A stretch of 64,000 nt of DNA. Origin: Verrucomicrobiota bacterium. Its GTDB lineage: Bacteria; Verrucomicrobiota; Verrucomicrobiia; Limisphaerales; AAA164-E04. Location of the stretch: the NCBI GenBank assembly GCA_047947115.1, contig CP170459.1, positions 2,112,001 through 2,176,000 of the forward strand, read 5' to 3'. This document shows, one piece after another, positions 1-10,064 of the stretch. The translations under genes and the position numbers were made by a program. The first letter of the stretch is position 1; each line of letters opens with the position of its first letter. Below the pieces are notes generated by a model. The model ran no database searches. It saw only the letters and a list, made by a program, of their open reading frames with translations, and was not told the origin of the DNA.

Positions 1-1
1 C

Positions 2-3000
2 GAAGCCGTGGCGGATGTGAATCTGGACCTGTCGGCCAGTTTTGGTGGCAATGCGGCCTTCCCGCGCGTGGTGGCGGAGTTTCATCTGGATTGGTTGTGG
101 GATCTGGAAGAAGGGATGCAGAGCCCTGAGATCGTGCTTTCGGACATCGCGCTGGATCTGGGGACCTTTATTTCCGATTTCCTGGAACCTATACTGAATG
201 AGATCCGCAAGGTCACCGAACCACTGGATCCCATCATCGAAATCGCCACGGCCCGCTTGCCGGTGCTTTCCGATCTGGCTGGTCAGACCGTGACTTTGCT
301 GGACTTGGCTGAACTGTATGGTGTGCTGGAACCATCGACCGTTCGCTTCATTGAAACGGCTCTCAAAGTGGTCGACATTATCAATAACCTGCCGACAGGG
401 AATGGCAGTGTGTTGATTCCGTTTGGTTCTTTCCGGTTGGGCGAAGATGAAAATGGGAATCGCAACCAGATTCAGACACTCGATGCACTTGGTTCCACCG
501 ACTTTGCCGGAATGGTGAACAATGCCGCTGCCACCGATACGAGCGCGACCTATATGAATCAGGTGTCCGGGTTTGCCAGTGATGTTGACAGCCTGGATAA
601 TTTCAGCATCCCGATCTTCAAGAATCCTGCCGAGTTGTTCAACCTTTTCATAGGCGAACCGGTACGTCTCATCGAGTGGCGCATGCCGACCTTTGAGTTC
701 AATTTTACATACACACAGAAAATAGCGATTTACCCGCCGCTTTACGCACACTTTGGAGGTTCCATTGGAGCGACCATCGACATCGGTTTCGGTTATGACA
801 CCTTTGGCATACAGAAATACATTGCCGCCGAAGACAAGAATGTCCTGGATCTGTTCGATGGATTCTATGTTCTCGATTTCGATGAAAACGGAAACGAACA
901 ACCCGAACTTGAATTGCGGGGCGAGATCTTTGCTGGGGCTTCCATTGACCTGCTCGTTGCGGAAGCGGGAGTGACGGGTGGTATCTATGCTTTGATTCAA
1001 TTTGACCTCAATGATGTCAACGATGACGGGAAGGTGCGCATTAGTGAAATCGTTGCCAACGCCCAGATCGATCCACGTTGCATTTTTGATATTCACGGAG
1101 AAATGGGATTGTTCCTGGAGGCCTTCCTGAGTGTGGACCTGTTTTTCTTCAGCATCGATAAGACCTGGCGCTTTGCGGAGATCACCCTGTTTGAGTTTGA
1201 CATCACCTGTCCCGAACCCGTGTTGGCATCGAAGGATGGTTCCGGGGTGTTGACTCTGCACATGGGAAGTGATGCGGAAGATCGTGAAGAAATCGATACC
1301 AGCGACTCCGCCGAAACGTTCATCGTGACACATCTGGATGGCGATGAACTCAGTGAAACGGTGGAAGTGCAGTGGGGTAATTACAAGCAGACCTATGAAG
1401 AAGTCACAAAAATCCTGGTCGTCAACGCTGGGGCCGGAAATGACTTGATCGATCTGCGCGGCGTCTTGGTGCCCGCCGAAGTCCATGGAGGCGTTGGTAA
1501 TGACACGATCTACCTCAGTGACGGCATGGGCGCCGTTGTTTATGGCGATGAAGGCAACGACACCATCGTGGCCAGTTCCGCCGCTTCGGCCACGGGCGTG
1601 ACTCTTTACGGTGGTGATGGCAACGATGTATTCACGCCGGGAACGGTTTCCATCACGATCTACGGCGATGGAGGAGCCGATATAATTCCGGGTAGTCCCG
1701 AGGGAGACTTCCTGTATGGCGGAGCCGGGGAAGATACCATTCTGGGCGCAGGTGGGGATGACTATCTGGAAGGTGGCGATGGCAAGGATACTCTTGAAGG
1801 ATCGGCGGGTAGTGACCTGCTCTATGGCGGTCTCGGCACCGACGTGCTTCGAGGAGGCCGTGATGATGATCTGCTGGACGGTGGGGAAGATGAGGATGTG
1901 CTCTATGGAGGTAGCGGTAATGATCTGTTGATCGGTGGAGAGGATGCGGACAAAGCCTACGGACATGGCGGTATCGATCTTTTGATCGGGGATAATGTGG
2001 CCACCATTTTTGGAGCCGCTCCATCTCGGGATACTCTTCCTTTGCTTGCTGACATTCCAACTTCCGGACTTCAAGTGACCGGTCTGACCGGTTTGGGTAA
2101 TGATTTCCTGATCGGCGGCGGCAATGTGGATGTGCTCTTTGGTGGTGACGGGGATGATTTCCTTTACGGTGGCAACATGTTCGCCAATGGGGAAACCGAG
2201 ATCATTGAGGAAGATCACAATGATTTCTTCGATGGCGGCGCCGGGGATGATGTGATCTTTGGCGACGATGCAATGGGACGCACGGGAGATCGTGACACAG
2301 GCATCGAGATCCGGGGGGCTGTCTGGTATGACAACAACAAGAATGATGTCTGGGATGATGAAGAAGTCGGGTTTGGATCGATTACGGTCGAGCTTCGCAA
2401 ACAAAGTGATGACAGTTTGATCGCAACCGAAGTAAGTGGTTCCGATGGTTCGTTTGTGTTCAAGGGGCTGGATCCCAATAATTACTACCTCGTTGCCAGC
2501 AAGCCTGCCGACCTGGATTATCTGGTGTCAGATCCTGCTCATGACGGAGAGGCATCGTACGTTGATAGCGATTTCATTGATGCTGCCGGCCGCACGGCCA
2601 CGTTTGCGTTGGATTACGATGAGGTGGAAACATCCATTGCGATTGGTTATGTGGGCGATCCGCTGCTGTCCATTGGGGATATCTCAGTAGAGGAAGGGGA
2701 TTCGGGTGTCATCAATGCCACCTTCACCATCACTCTTTCAGGTCCTCAGCTTTATGTCGCTACCGTGGATTATGAAACAGTGGATACAACGACAACAGCC
2801 AAAGAGGCTGACGGAGACTTTGAGTTCACGAGTGGCACATTGGAATTCGCTCCGGGTGAGACTTCGCTTCAGGTGGTAGTGCCTGTTTTGGGTGATCTCA
2901 CGTATGAGGATCACGAGCAGTTCGTTCTCCAATTGAGCAATCCAAGCGCAGGTATCGTCCTGCCTGCAGTACCGAGCGCCACGGCGACGATTGTCAACAA

Positions 3001-6000
3001 CGATCCCATACCTCAGATTTCCATCAGTGATTTCAACCCCATTCCAATCGATTACGAAGACGCAGATGAAACGCGTCCGATTTACGATGAAGATCAGGAT
3101 GCCGAGTTCATCATTTCGCTGAGCAATCCGTCCCATAACACGATCGAGGTCTCCTGGACCACCGATGTGGCGATCACCTCAAGGGGCTTGGCGGTGAATG
3201 ACGCAGCCACACCTTTCGGTTTGCCGGATGGTGATTTCATTCCCGCAAGTGGAACCGTGATCTTTGAACCGGGAGAAACGCGCCAGACCATAACCGTGGA
3301 GGTGCTGGATGACGATGGATACGATACGGACGGTGATCCTGCCACGGTTGTGCTGGACGAAGCGGCAGAAACTTTCCACGTCAACCTGTCTAATGCCAAG
3401 TTTGCCTTCATCAGCGATGATCGCGGTGTGGGGATCATTGAAGACGATGACGATCCGGTCAGTGTTTCCATTGCGCCCAACTCGCCCTACGATCCTGATG
3501 GCGCCGGTCCCATGACTCCATTGCCTTTCGAGACGCATGTTGTCGAAGGGAACTCCGGATCACAGTATGTTGAGTTTGAAGTGACCTTGTCGGAACGTAG
3601 TTCACTGCCCGTGACGGTCCAATACAGCACCTCACCCGGAACGGCGGTAGGTTCGGTCTATAGTAAACAGAGCAAGGCGATCAAAGACCTGCCTGACTAT
3701 GAGCCTACGCCGCAGGAAGACAAGACGGATCACGAACTGGAGCTTTTGTTTGCGCCAGGCGAAGTTTCGAAGACTTTCACCGTGGAAGTCTACGGAGATA
3801 ATCGCATCGAATCCGATGAAGATTTCTTCGTTAATTTGTTGAGCGCCCATAACGCAGATATCGCCACGGATCCGACAACTGAGAATAATCATGTGACGGT
3901 GGTGATCGAAAATGATGACAGCATGGTCAGCGTGGACTACGGTCCATACAGCATCTGGTTCAGCGATCAGATGTATGTGGTGGATGAACCGGACGCCGGA
4001 TCGGAGGATGCTGAGATCACCGTTATCAGGGCAGACGGCAGCTCCTATGCCATCGCTGTTTTGACGGCTTTCGATATTTCGGCCACCTCGGGAGCAGATT
4101 ATGATCCTGTCTTTCGAACCCTGCTGGTATTTGAGCCCGGTGAAAATTCCAAGACCGTATTGATCCCGGTTCATGCCGATGATCTGAGTGAAGGGGATGA
4201 GGAAGTCTTGTTGTTGTTGCAGGATCCCACCGGAGACGTGGTGAACGGTGAACCCTATGCGTCTACATTGGTGATCAGGGATGGCGACACACCTCAGCTT
4301 TCCATCGAACCGCCCGTCTTTGCATCCTTGCCTTGGGGAATAGATATTCCTGGCATCAAGGAAAACGGTGTGCCTCCCCATGAATTTACCGTCAAACTGA
4401 GCGCCGACGCGCCTCCAGGCGGAGTCACCGTTTATTATGAAACAGTGGCTATCTCGGCACGTGAAGGCACGGACTTTATCGCGGACTCCGGTTGGATCGT
4501 GATTCCGGAAGGTCAGGATGAATTCCCTCTGGAAGTCGTGATTGTGGATGATGCGATTGCGGAACCCAATGAACGATTTGCCGTACGTTTGAGTCAGGCA
4601 AGTGGGGCCGATCTTGCGGTCGAAGATAGTGTCGCTGTAGCTATCATCTTTGATGACGATGGGATTGAGGTGTCAGGTGTGGTTTTCTATGATGCCAATG
4701 CCAACGGCTTCCAGGACTACAATGAACGGGGGATCAACGATGTCGATGTGACGATCAGCTGGTATGAAGACGGCGCCGAACAGACCGCTACGGTGCAGAC
4801 CCAGACAGTGGGCGGCGTGCAGGGTGTCTTCACCCGCGATGTGTTCCTGGGGCAAGTTGCCATTGCTGTGGATGGCACTTCGGTGACTTCTCCTTACAAG
4901 GGATTTGGTATTCTCGGGTCAGGCAGCTATGAAACCACCACCGATAATGAGAGTCAGGCGGTGGAGTTCCTCGGGGCGGAAGGTATCTCTCCATTCGAAC
5001 CGGTCGGTTATGATACGTCATCCCGGTTTGATACGCCTGTCGAGACCGATGATGTGGGCAGAGGCGGTACGGATGATACCATCTTCGGAGGTCCCGGTGA
5101 TGACACTATTGATGCCGGAGCTGGGGATGATCACGTTGTGGGCGGGCATTGGATGACCGCTACCGATGGGAATGCCGCCGTGAATCTGGGTGATTATGAC
5201 GCAGATCTGTTGGTGGTGACAGATCCTGCCGGTGATCCGGACACCTTGCACAACGTCTACGATGAAGGTCCCATCTTTGAAATCGACCTTGGCAGTCTGC
5301 CCGCAGGAGGGTCGATCTCCGGTCAGATCTGGGAAGATGTGAATGATTCCGATACCCAGGATGGTGCGGATAATCTGTTTGCTGAGGAAGTGATCGTGCA
5401 TCTTTTCGATGACCTGGGCAATGCGGTGAATTCCATGGTGACGACCGATGGCGAATATACGTTTGATTATCTTGCCTTGAAGGAAGGTGGCGATCCGAGC
5501 GGTTATATCGTGGCCTTCGAATTACCGCAGGGATGGACTTTTGTCGTTCCTGAAATAGGTGGCGACGATACGGCCGACAGCGATGTGCTGGCGGGCAACC
5601 GCACCTTGGTGGTGGATATCAGTGAGGGATTGCCGGACGTGGCGAATGTGGATGCCGGGGTGAAGCCTTCGGATGCCATTCCTGCTTCCAACAGTGGTGG
5701 ATTTGAATTCGGTGAAGTGGCTTACACGGTTGGGCAGGAGGAAGGTTTTGTCACCATCGAAGTGGTGCGTGGCAATTCGACGAAACAAGCCGCGGTGATT
5801 TATCGGACTCACGATGGTTCAGCGGAAGCAGGAACGCATTACGACTCGGTGACCGGGATTCTGGTGTTCGAAGTGGGCGAGACCTATCGTTCCTTCGATG
5901 TGCCCGTGCATGATACCGGGTTGGGAATCAGTGAAACCGTTGAGTTCGCTCTCACACTCCATGAACCCACCGGTCGGCCATTGGATGAAACACTCGTCTA

Positions 6001-9000
6001 TATTTATGGCGATGGCCAGGGAACCTTGACCGATGACGATACGATTCAAGGCGGAGACGATTGGGATATTATCCTTGGCGATTCAGGTGCCATACCTGCC
6101 GAAGTGGTCATGGCCGATCCAGCCTCGCTTCTTACCATTATTACCAGGGGTGGTCCGGGTAAGGATAACATTGATGGCGGCAATGGCCCCGATTACATCG
6201 ATAGTCAACTGGACGATGACCTGGTCGCCGGCTCTGAAGGTCAGGATGTCGTTTATGCCGGTCTGGGTGACGATGAGGTGTGGGCCGAGCTGGACGATGA
6301 CGATCTGAATGGGCAGCATGGTGAGGACACCATTGTTTCCGTGCGCGATGTAGTTCGAATCGAACTTTCTCCTGACTTCCTGGTGCATTATGGCAATTCG
6401 GAAGGAACCGGTCCGGCATTGAGCACGTTTACCTTGAATGACAGCTTCGAGATTGCCCGCCTCTCGGCAGGTGCGACCGACAATGTCTTTGTCTTCACCG
6501 ATTGGGAAGGTTCGGTGTTTGTCGATGCTTCCGGAGGTGAGGACAGTTTGCATGTCACATTCGATTCCGACATGACTTTGACGGATGTGGTTCTGGCCTA
6601 TCCCTGGAATGCTATTTTCAATCAGATGCACGGCTTCTTTAAGGATGGAGCCATCAGTTTGCCTGATGATCAAACGTACCATCTGGGTTCTGTCGAGAAC
6701 GTGAAACTCACCGGTGGCGCGAGCGCGAATCACCTGGATGCATCCGGCTATTCGCGTAAAGCCATTCTGGAAGGAGCTGGTGGTGATGACGTGCTGGAGG
6801 GTGGTTCCAATGATGATGTTTTCGTGTTTGACGCCGATGATCCGCTTGGTGTGGATACCGTGATGGGTAACGGGGGGACGGATTGGTTGGATTTCTCATC
6901 CACCAGCGCTTCGGTCACAGTGGACCTTTCAGTTCTGTTGGTGGATCAAAGCGTGAATGGTAATCTGAACCTTATCCTGGATGACGAGATCGAAGCGGTC
7001 ATCGGTGGGGAGAATGATGACGAATTGATCGGTAATTTCCTGGATAATATTTTACTCGGAGGTCCGGGTGACGATATTCTGGCAGGTGGATTGGGTGATG
7101 AAACCTACGCGTTCGATACCGATGAAGCATGGGGCAATGAAACCATCATTGAAAATGCCGGGGAAGGTCACGACGTGATCGATTTCTCCGACACCTCCAC
7201 CCTGAACGTTGTCTTCGATCTCAGCAATACGGCAGCACAGGCGGTCAATGCGAATCTCACGCTCTCGGTTCAAGACTCAGGAGGTGGTGTGGGTGAAATC
7301 GAAGGGATCATTGGGGGTGATCTGGATGACGTCCTGTCCGGAAATAATGAGGACAACACCCTGGTGGGAGGTCCCGGTGTGGATACGTTGAATGGAGCCG
7401 GTGGGGATGATGTGCTGGATGGTGGAACCGGCAATGACGTGTTATCCGGGGGTGAGGGAACGGACACCATTCACGAATCCGAGGACACTCATTTCTATTT
7501 GAGCGATTCGATCCTGATGCGTGCCACGGGTGAGATTGATGCTTTGGACGGTATTGAAGTGGCTCATCTGGAAGGTGGTCCCAATCGGTCTAATACCTTT
7601 GATCTCACGGGATGGAGCGGTTCCGGAAGCGTGCATGGTATGGATGACACCGATCCATCCAGTCTGCCACCTGCCTATCCCGACCGCTTGATCATGAGCG
7701 CCGATGCTGATTTTGTGCTGACCGATACGGACCTGACCATCACCGATGGCAGTGGATCGCGGGTGATTGAATTGACGGATATCGGAACCGTGACGCTCAT
7801 TGGCGGTCCCAGCGGCAACGTTATGGATGCTTCGGCTTTCACTGGGAATGTGACCCTCATGGGTGCCGGGGGCGATGATGTGTTGATCGGCGGTGAAGGG
7901 GCCGATGTTCTTCAGGGGGATGAAGGTAATGATACCTTGTCTGGTGGTCGTGGTTCAGATCGGCTTGATGGCGGTGAAGGTCAGGATGCCGTTGTGGAAG
8001 ATCTGGGCGGTCTGCCAGGTGAATACCGGGTGTCGCTTTCGGATCAGTTGCTGGGGGTTGACGAGACAAGTTCGGTGACACTTCCTGATTTGCCCTTGAG
8101 CGAGTCAGATCTCATGACCTCTGTTGAGAGTGTGGAAATCACCGGAAGCCCGCAATCGGATCAATTTGATATTACGGAATGGACCTTGGGTGAACTTACA
8201 TTGGATGGCGCCGGTGGAAATGACACGATATTGGCTAACGGTTATGATCGAGTATTTGACGATGAGAGTGGAGAAGTAATTGAAGCTGGTGACGACATGA
8301 TAGTGTTGACCGATACCGAATTGACGCGGACAGCGCGATCCGGTGTGTCGATGACCTCCATGGAATCGGCAATCCTGTTTGGCTTGGGTGGTGAAGATGT
8401 GTTTGACGCTTCGGGGTTCACCGGGCGTGTGTTGTTGGTGGGGGGATCGGAATCCGATCAGTTTATTCCCGGTCAAGGTGTTTCCATCCTCGCTGGCGAT
8501 GATCCGACCGATGCCGATGTGCGTTCGGGGGATGACCGATTTGTGTTCCTGGAGGATGGCACTGGTGATTCGGTCGTGGTTCAGGGTGGCGATGGGGAAG
8601 ATACGCTGGATTTTTCCGCATTCACCAGCGGCGTCTCTGTTGACCTTTCAATGTTGGGCGTCCTTCAGGTGGTCTTGGCCGGTGAGATGAGCCTGCGGAT
8701 ACAGTTGGATGATTTGGAGACCGTGATCGGCGGTTCGGGAAATGATGTCCTGATCGGAAATGACAGGGTTAATCGATTCACCGGCGGGGCCGGAGATGAT
8801 TTGATCAATGGTGCGGGCAATGTGGATTACATCATCGAAGAGGCCGATACGGATTTTGTGCTTACCGATGCGAGTCTGCAGATCGGTGGAGATACTGATG
8901 TTCTGCTGAATATCGAATTTGCAGAACTGAGAGGGGGCGCAGGGGCAAATGTCATCGATGCCTCTGCCTTCACCGGTAATACGGAACTAAGTGGCGAAGG

Positions 9001-9961
9001 CGGTTCCGATATCCTGTTGGGCGGAAGTGGAGCGGATCTCATGGAAGGCGGGGCCGGAGATGATACCCTGATGGGCGGAAACGGTGGAGATTTCTATGTG
9101 TTCGATGTGGATGAAGTCCTTGGAAGCGATACAGTGAATGACGCTGGCGCGACCGGAACCGATTGGTTTGATTTCCGTGACACCGAGGAAGAGTCAATAA
9201 ACCTGAATCTGGAGGTGGGCACACACGTGGTGCACGCTTCTCACCTCACTTTGACCCTCCAGGCTGGTACAGTGATTGAAGCTGTGTTTGACGGGAAGCA
9301 GGATGATGTGTTGATTGGTAATGGAGCGGACAATATCTTTGGCGTAGGAGAAGGTAACAATCTGATAGACGGTGCCGGAGGCACTTCCAATCAAGTGGTC
9401 GTCTTGCGTGATGTTGACCAAACCCTGCAGGATGACAGTCTTGAGATCGGGGATGCCATAAATGTCCTGAGTGGTATCCAGACGGCATTGTTGGCGGGTG
9501 GCGCATCCGCAAATGTCTTGAATGCTTCCGGTTTTACTTTGGGGCCGGTCAGTTTGTATGGATTGGGTGGAACGGATGTGCTGTGGGGAGGTTCCGGAAA
9601 CGACGAACTATATGGAGGGCCAGGGAATGACCTTTTGATGGGCGAGGCGGGGGATGATTTGTTGGTGGGTGGTCTAGGAGACGACGTGCTGGATGGCGGT
9701 GGTTATGATCCATCGGGCGTTGGGACAGACGATGACACGCTTCGCGGAGAACAGGGGAACGATACTTATTTCTTTGATGCTTCACTTCAATTGGGAACCG
9801 ATACAGTTTTCGAACTGCCTGGTCAGGGATATGCCGATCTTTTATACGGAGCCGGGTTGAGTGGCGTGGACCTGGATCTCTTTGATCATACCCCTCAAAC
9901 CATGAGTGATCACCTCACGCTGATACTTGTGATTCCCGGCACGGTGGAGGATGCTTATTAA
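2..9961 (+). CDS. Giant Ca-binding surface/secreted protein: RTX (hemolysin-type GGxGxD) repeats with Calx-beta and SdrD B-like domains; 5'-truncated by the window edge
   Basis: Frame is open from nt 2. Dozens of GGxGxDxLxG nonapeptides; Calx-beta signatures (GTLEFAPGETS, VIFEPGETRQTITV, LLFAPGEVSKTFTV, LVFEVGETYRSF); SdrD-B signatures (RGAVWYDNNKN, SGVVFYDANANG, SGQIWEDVND); very acidic. Confidence 0.9.
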   Translation, partial: EAVADVNLDLSASFGGNAAFPRVVAEFHLDWLWDLEEGMQSPEIVLSDIALDLGTFISDFLEPILNEIRKVTEPLDPIIEIATARLPVLSDLAGQTVTLLDLAELYGVLEPSTVRFIETALKVVDIINNLPTGNGSVLIPFGSFRLGEDENGNRNQIQTLDALGSTDFAGMVNNAAATDTSATYMNQVSGFASDVDSLDNFSIPIFKNPAELFNLFIGEPVRLIEWRMPTFEFNFTYTQKIAIYPPLYAHFGGSIGATIDIGFGYDTFGIQKYIAAEDKNVLDLFDGFYVLDFDENGNEQPELELRGEIFAGASIDLLVAEAGVTGGIYALIQFDLNDVNDDGKVRISEIVANAQIDPRCIFDIHGEMGLFLEAFLSVDLFFFSIDKTWRFAEITLFEFDITCPEPVLASKDGSGVLTLHMGSDAEDREEIDTSDSAETFIVTHLDGDELSETVEVQWGNYKQTYEEVTKILVVNAGAGNDLIDLRGVLVPAEVHGGVGNDTIYLSDGMGAVVYGDEGNDTIVASSAASATGVTLYGGDGNDVFTPGTVSITIYGDGGADIIPGSPEGDFLYGGAGEDTILGAGGDDYLEGGDGKDTLEGSAGSDLLYGGLGTDVLRGGRDDDLLDGGEDEDVLYGGSGNDLLIGGEDADKAYGHGGIDLLIGDNVATIFGAAPSRDTLPLLADIPTSGLQVTGLTGLGNDFLIGGGNVDVLFGGDGDDFLYGGNMFANGETEIIEEDHNDFFDGGAGDDVIFGDDAMGRTGDRDTGIEIRGAVWYDNNKNDVWDDEEVGFGSITVELRKQSDDSLIATEVSGSDGSFVFKGLDPNNYYLVASKPADLDYLVSDPAHDGEASYVDSDFIDAAGRTATFALDYDEVETSIAIGYVGDPLLSIGDISVEEGDSGVINATFTITLSGPQLYVATVDYETVDTTTTAKEADGDFEFTSGTLEFAPGETSLQVVVPVLGDLTYEDHEQFVLQLSNPSAGIVLPAVPSATATIVNNDPIPQISISDFNPIPIDYEDADETRPIYDEDQDAEFIISLSNPSHNTIEVSWTTDVAITSRGLAVNDAATPFGLPDGDFIPASGTVIFEPGETRQTITVEVLDDDGYDTDGDPATVVLDEAAETFHVNLSNAKFAFISDDRGVGIIEDDDDPVSVSIAPNSPYDPDGAGPMTPLPFETHVVEGNSGSQYVEFEVTLSERSSLPVTVQYSTSPGTAVGSVYSKQSKAIKDLPDYEPTPQEDKTDHELELLFAPGEVSKTFTVEVYGDNRIESDEDFFVNLLSAHNADIATDPTTENNHVTVVIENDDSMVSVDYGPYSIWFSDQMYVVDEPDAGSEDAEITVIRADGSSYAIAVLTAFDISATSGADYDPVFRTLLVFEPGENSKTVLIPVHADDLSEGDEEVLLLLQDPTGDVVNGEPYASTLVIRDGDTPQLSIEPPVFASLPWGIDIPGIKENGVPPHEFTVKLSADAPPGGVTVYYETVAISAREGTDFIADSGWIVIPEGQDEFPLEVVIVDDAIAEPNERFAVRLSQASGADLAVEDSVAVAIIFDDDGIEVSGVVFYDANANGFQDYNERGINDVDVTISWYEDGAEQTATVQTQTVGGVQGVFTRDVFLGQVAIAVDGTSVTSPYKGFGILGSGSYETTTDNESQAVEFLGAEGISPFEPVGYDTSSRFDTPVETDDVGRGGTDDTIFGGPGDDTIDAGAGDDHVVGGHWMTATDGNAAVNLGDYDADLLVVTDPAGDPDTLHNVYDEGPIFEIDLGSLPAGGSISGQIWEDVNDSDTQDGADNLFAEEVIVHLFDDLGNAVNSMVTTDGEYTFDYLALKEGGDPSGYIVAFELPQGWTFVVPEIGGDDTADSDVLAGNRTLVVDISEGLPDVANVDAGVKPSDAIPASNSGGFEFGEVAYTVGQEEGFVTIEVVRGNSTKQAAVIYRTHDGSAEAGTHYDSVTGILVFEVGETYRSFDVPVHDTGLGISETVEFALTLHEPTGRPLDETLVYIYGDGQGTLTDDDTIQGGDDWDIILGDSGAIPAEVVMADPASLLTIITRGGPGKDNIDGGNGPDYIDSQLDDDLVAGSEGQDVVYAGLGDDEVWAELDDDDLNGQHGEDTIVSVRDVVRIELSPDFLVHYGNSEGTGPALSTFTLNDSFEIARLSAGATDNVFVFTDWEGSVFVDASGGEDSLHVTFDSDMTLTDVVLAYPWNAIFNQMHGFFKDGAISLPDDQTYHLGSVENVKLTGGASANHLDASGYSRKAILEGAGGDDVLEGGSNDDVFVFDADDPLGVDTVMGNGGTDWLDFSSTSASVTVDLSVLLVDQSVNGNLNLILDDEIEAVIGGENDDELIGNFLDNILLGGPGDDILAGGLGDETYAFDTDEAWGNETIIENAGEGHDVIDFSDTSTLNVVFDLSNTAAQAVNANLTLSVQDSGGGVGEIEGIIGGDLDDVLSGNNEDNTLVGGPGVDTLNGAGGDDVLDGGTGNDVLSGGEGTDTIHESEDTHFYLSDSILMRATGEIDALDGIEVAHLEGGPNRSNTFDLTGWSGSGSVHGMDDTDPSSLPPAYPDRLIMSADADFVLTDTDLTITDGSGSRVIELTDIGTVTLIGGPSGNVMDASAFTGNVTLMGAGGDDVLIGGEGADVLQGDEGNDTLSGGRGSDRLDGGEGQDAVVEDLGGLPGEYRVSLSDQLLGVDETSSVTLPDLPLSESDLMTSVESVEITGSPQSDQFDITEWTLGELTLDGAGGNDTILANGYDRVFDDESGEVIEAGDDMIVLTDTELTRTARSGVSMTSMESAILFGLGGEDVFDASGFTGRVLLVGGSESDQFIPGQGVSILAGDDPTDADVRSGDDRFVFLEDGTGDSVVVQGGDGEDTLDFSAFTSGVSVDLSMLGVLQVVLAGEMSLRIQLDDLETVIGGSGNDVLIGNDRVNRFTGGAGDDLINGAGNVDYIIEEADTDFVLTDASLQIGGDTDVLLNIEFAELRGGAGANVIDASAFTGNTELSGEGGSDILLGGSGADLMEGGAGDDTLMGGNGGDFYVFDVDEVLGSDTVNDAGATGTDWFDFRDTEEESINLNLEVGTHVVHASHLTLTLQAGTVIEAVFDGKQDDVLIGNGADNIFGVGEGNNLIDGAGGTSNQVVVLRDVDQTLQDDSLEIGDAINVLSGIQTALLAGGASANVLNASGFTLGPVSLYGLGGTDVLWGGSGNDELYGGPGNDLLMGEAGDDLLVGGLGDDVLDGGGYDPSGVGTDDDTLRGEQGNDTYFFDASLQLGTDTVFELPGQGYADLLYGAGLSGVDLDLFDHTPQTMSDHLTLILVIPGTVEDAY

Positions 9962-10064
9962 TGAAGAGGAAAGATAACAACGATCAATCAAGGTTTGCCG
10001 TCTTTCAAACAACAGAAACATCGGTTCTGAGGCGATATTCGCATCGAACTCGGAGGATCGAATT

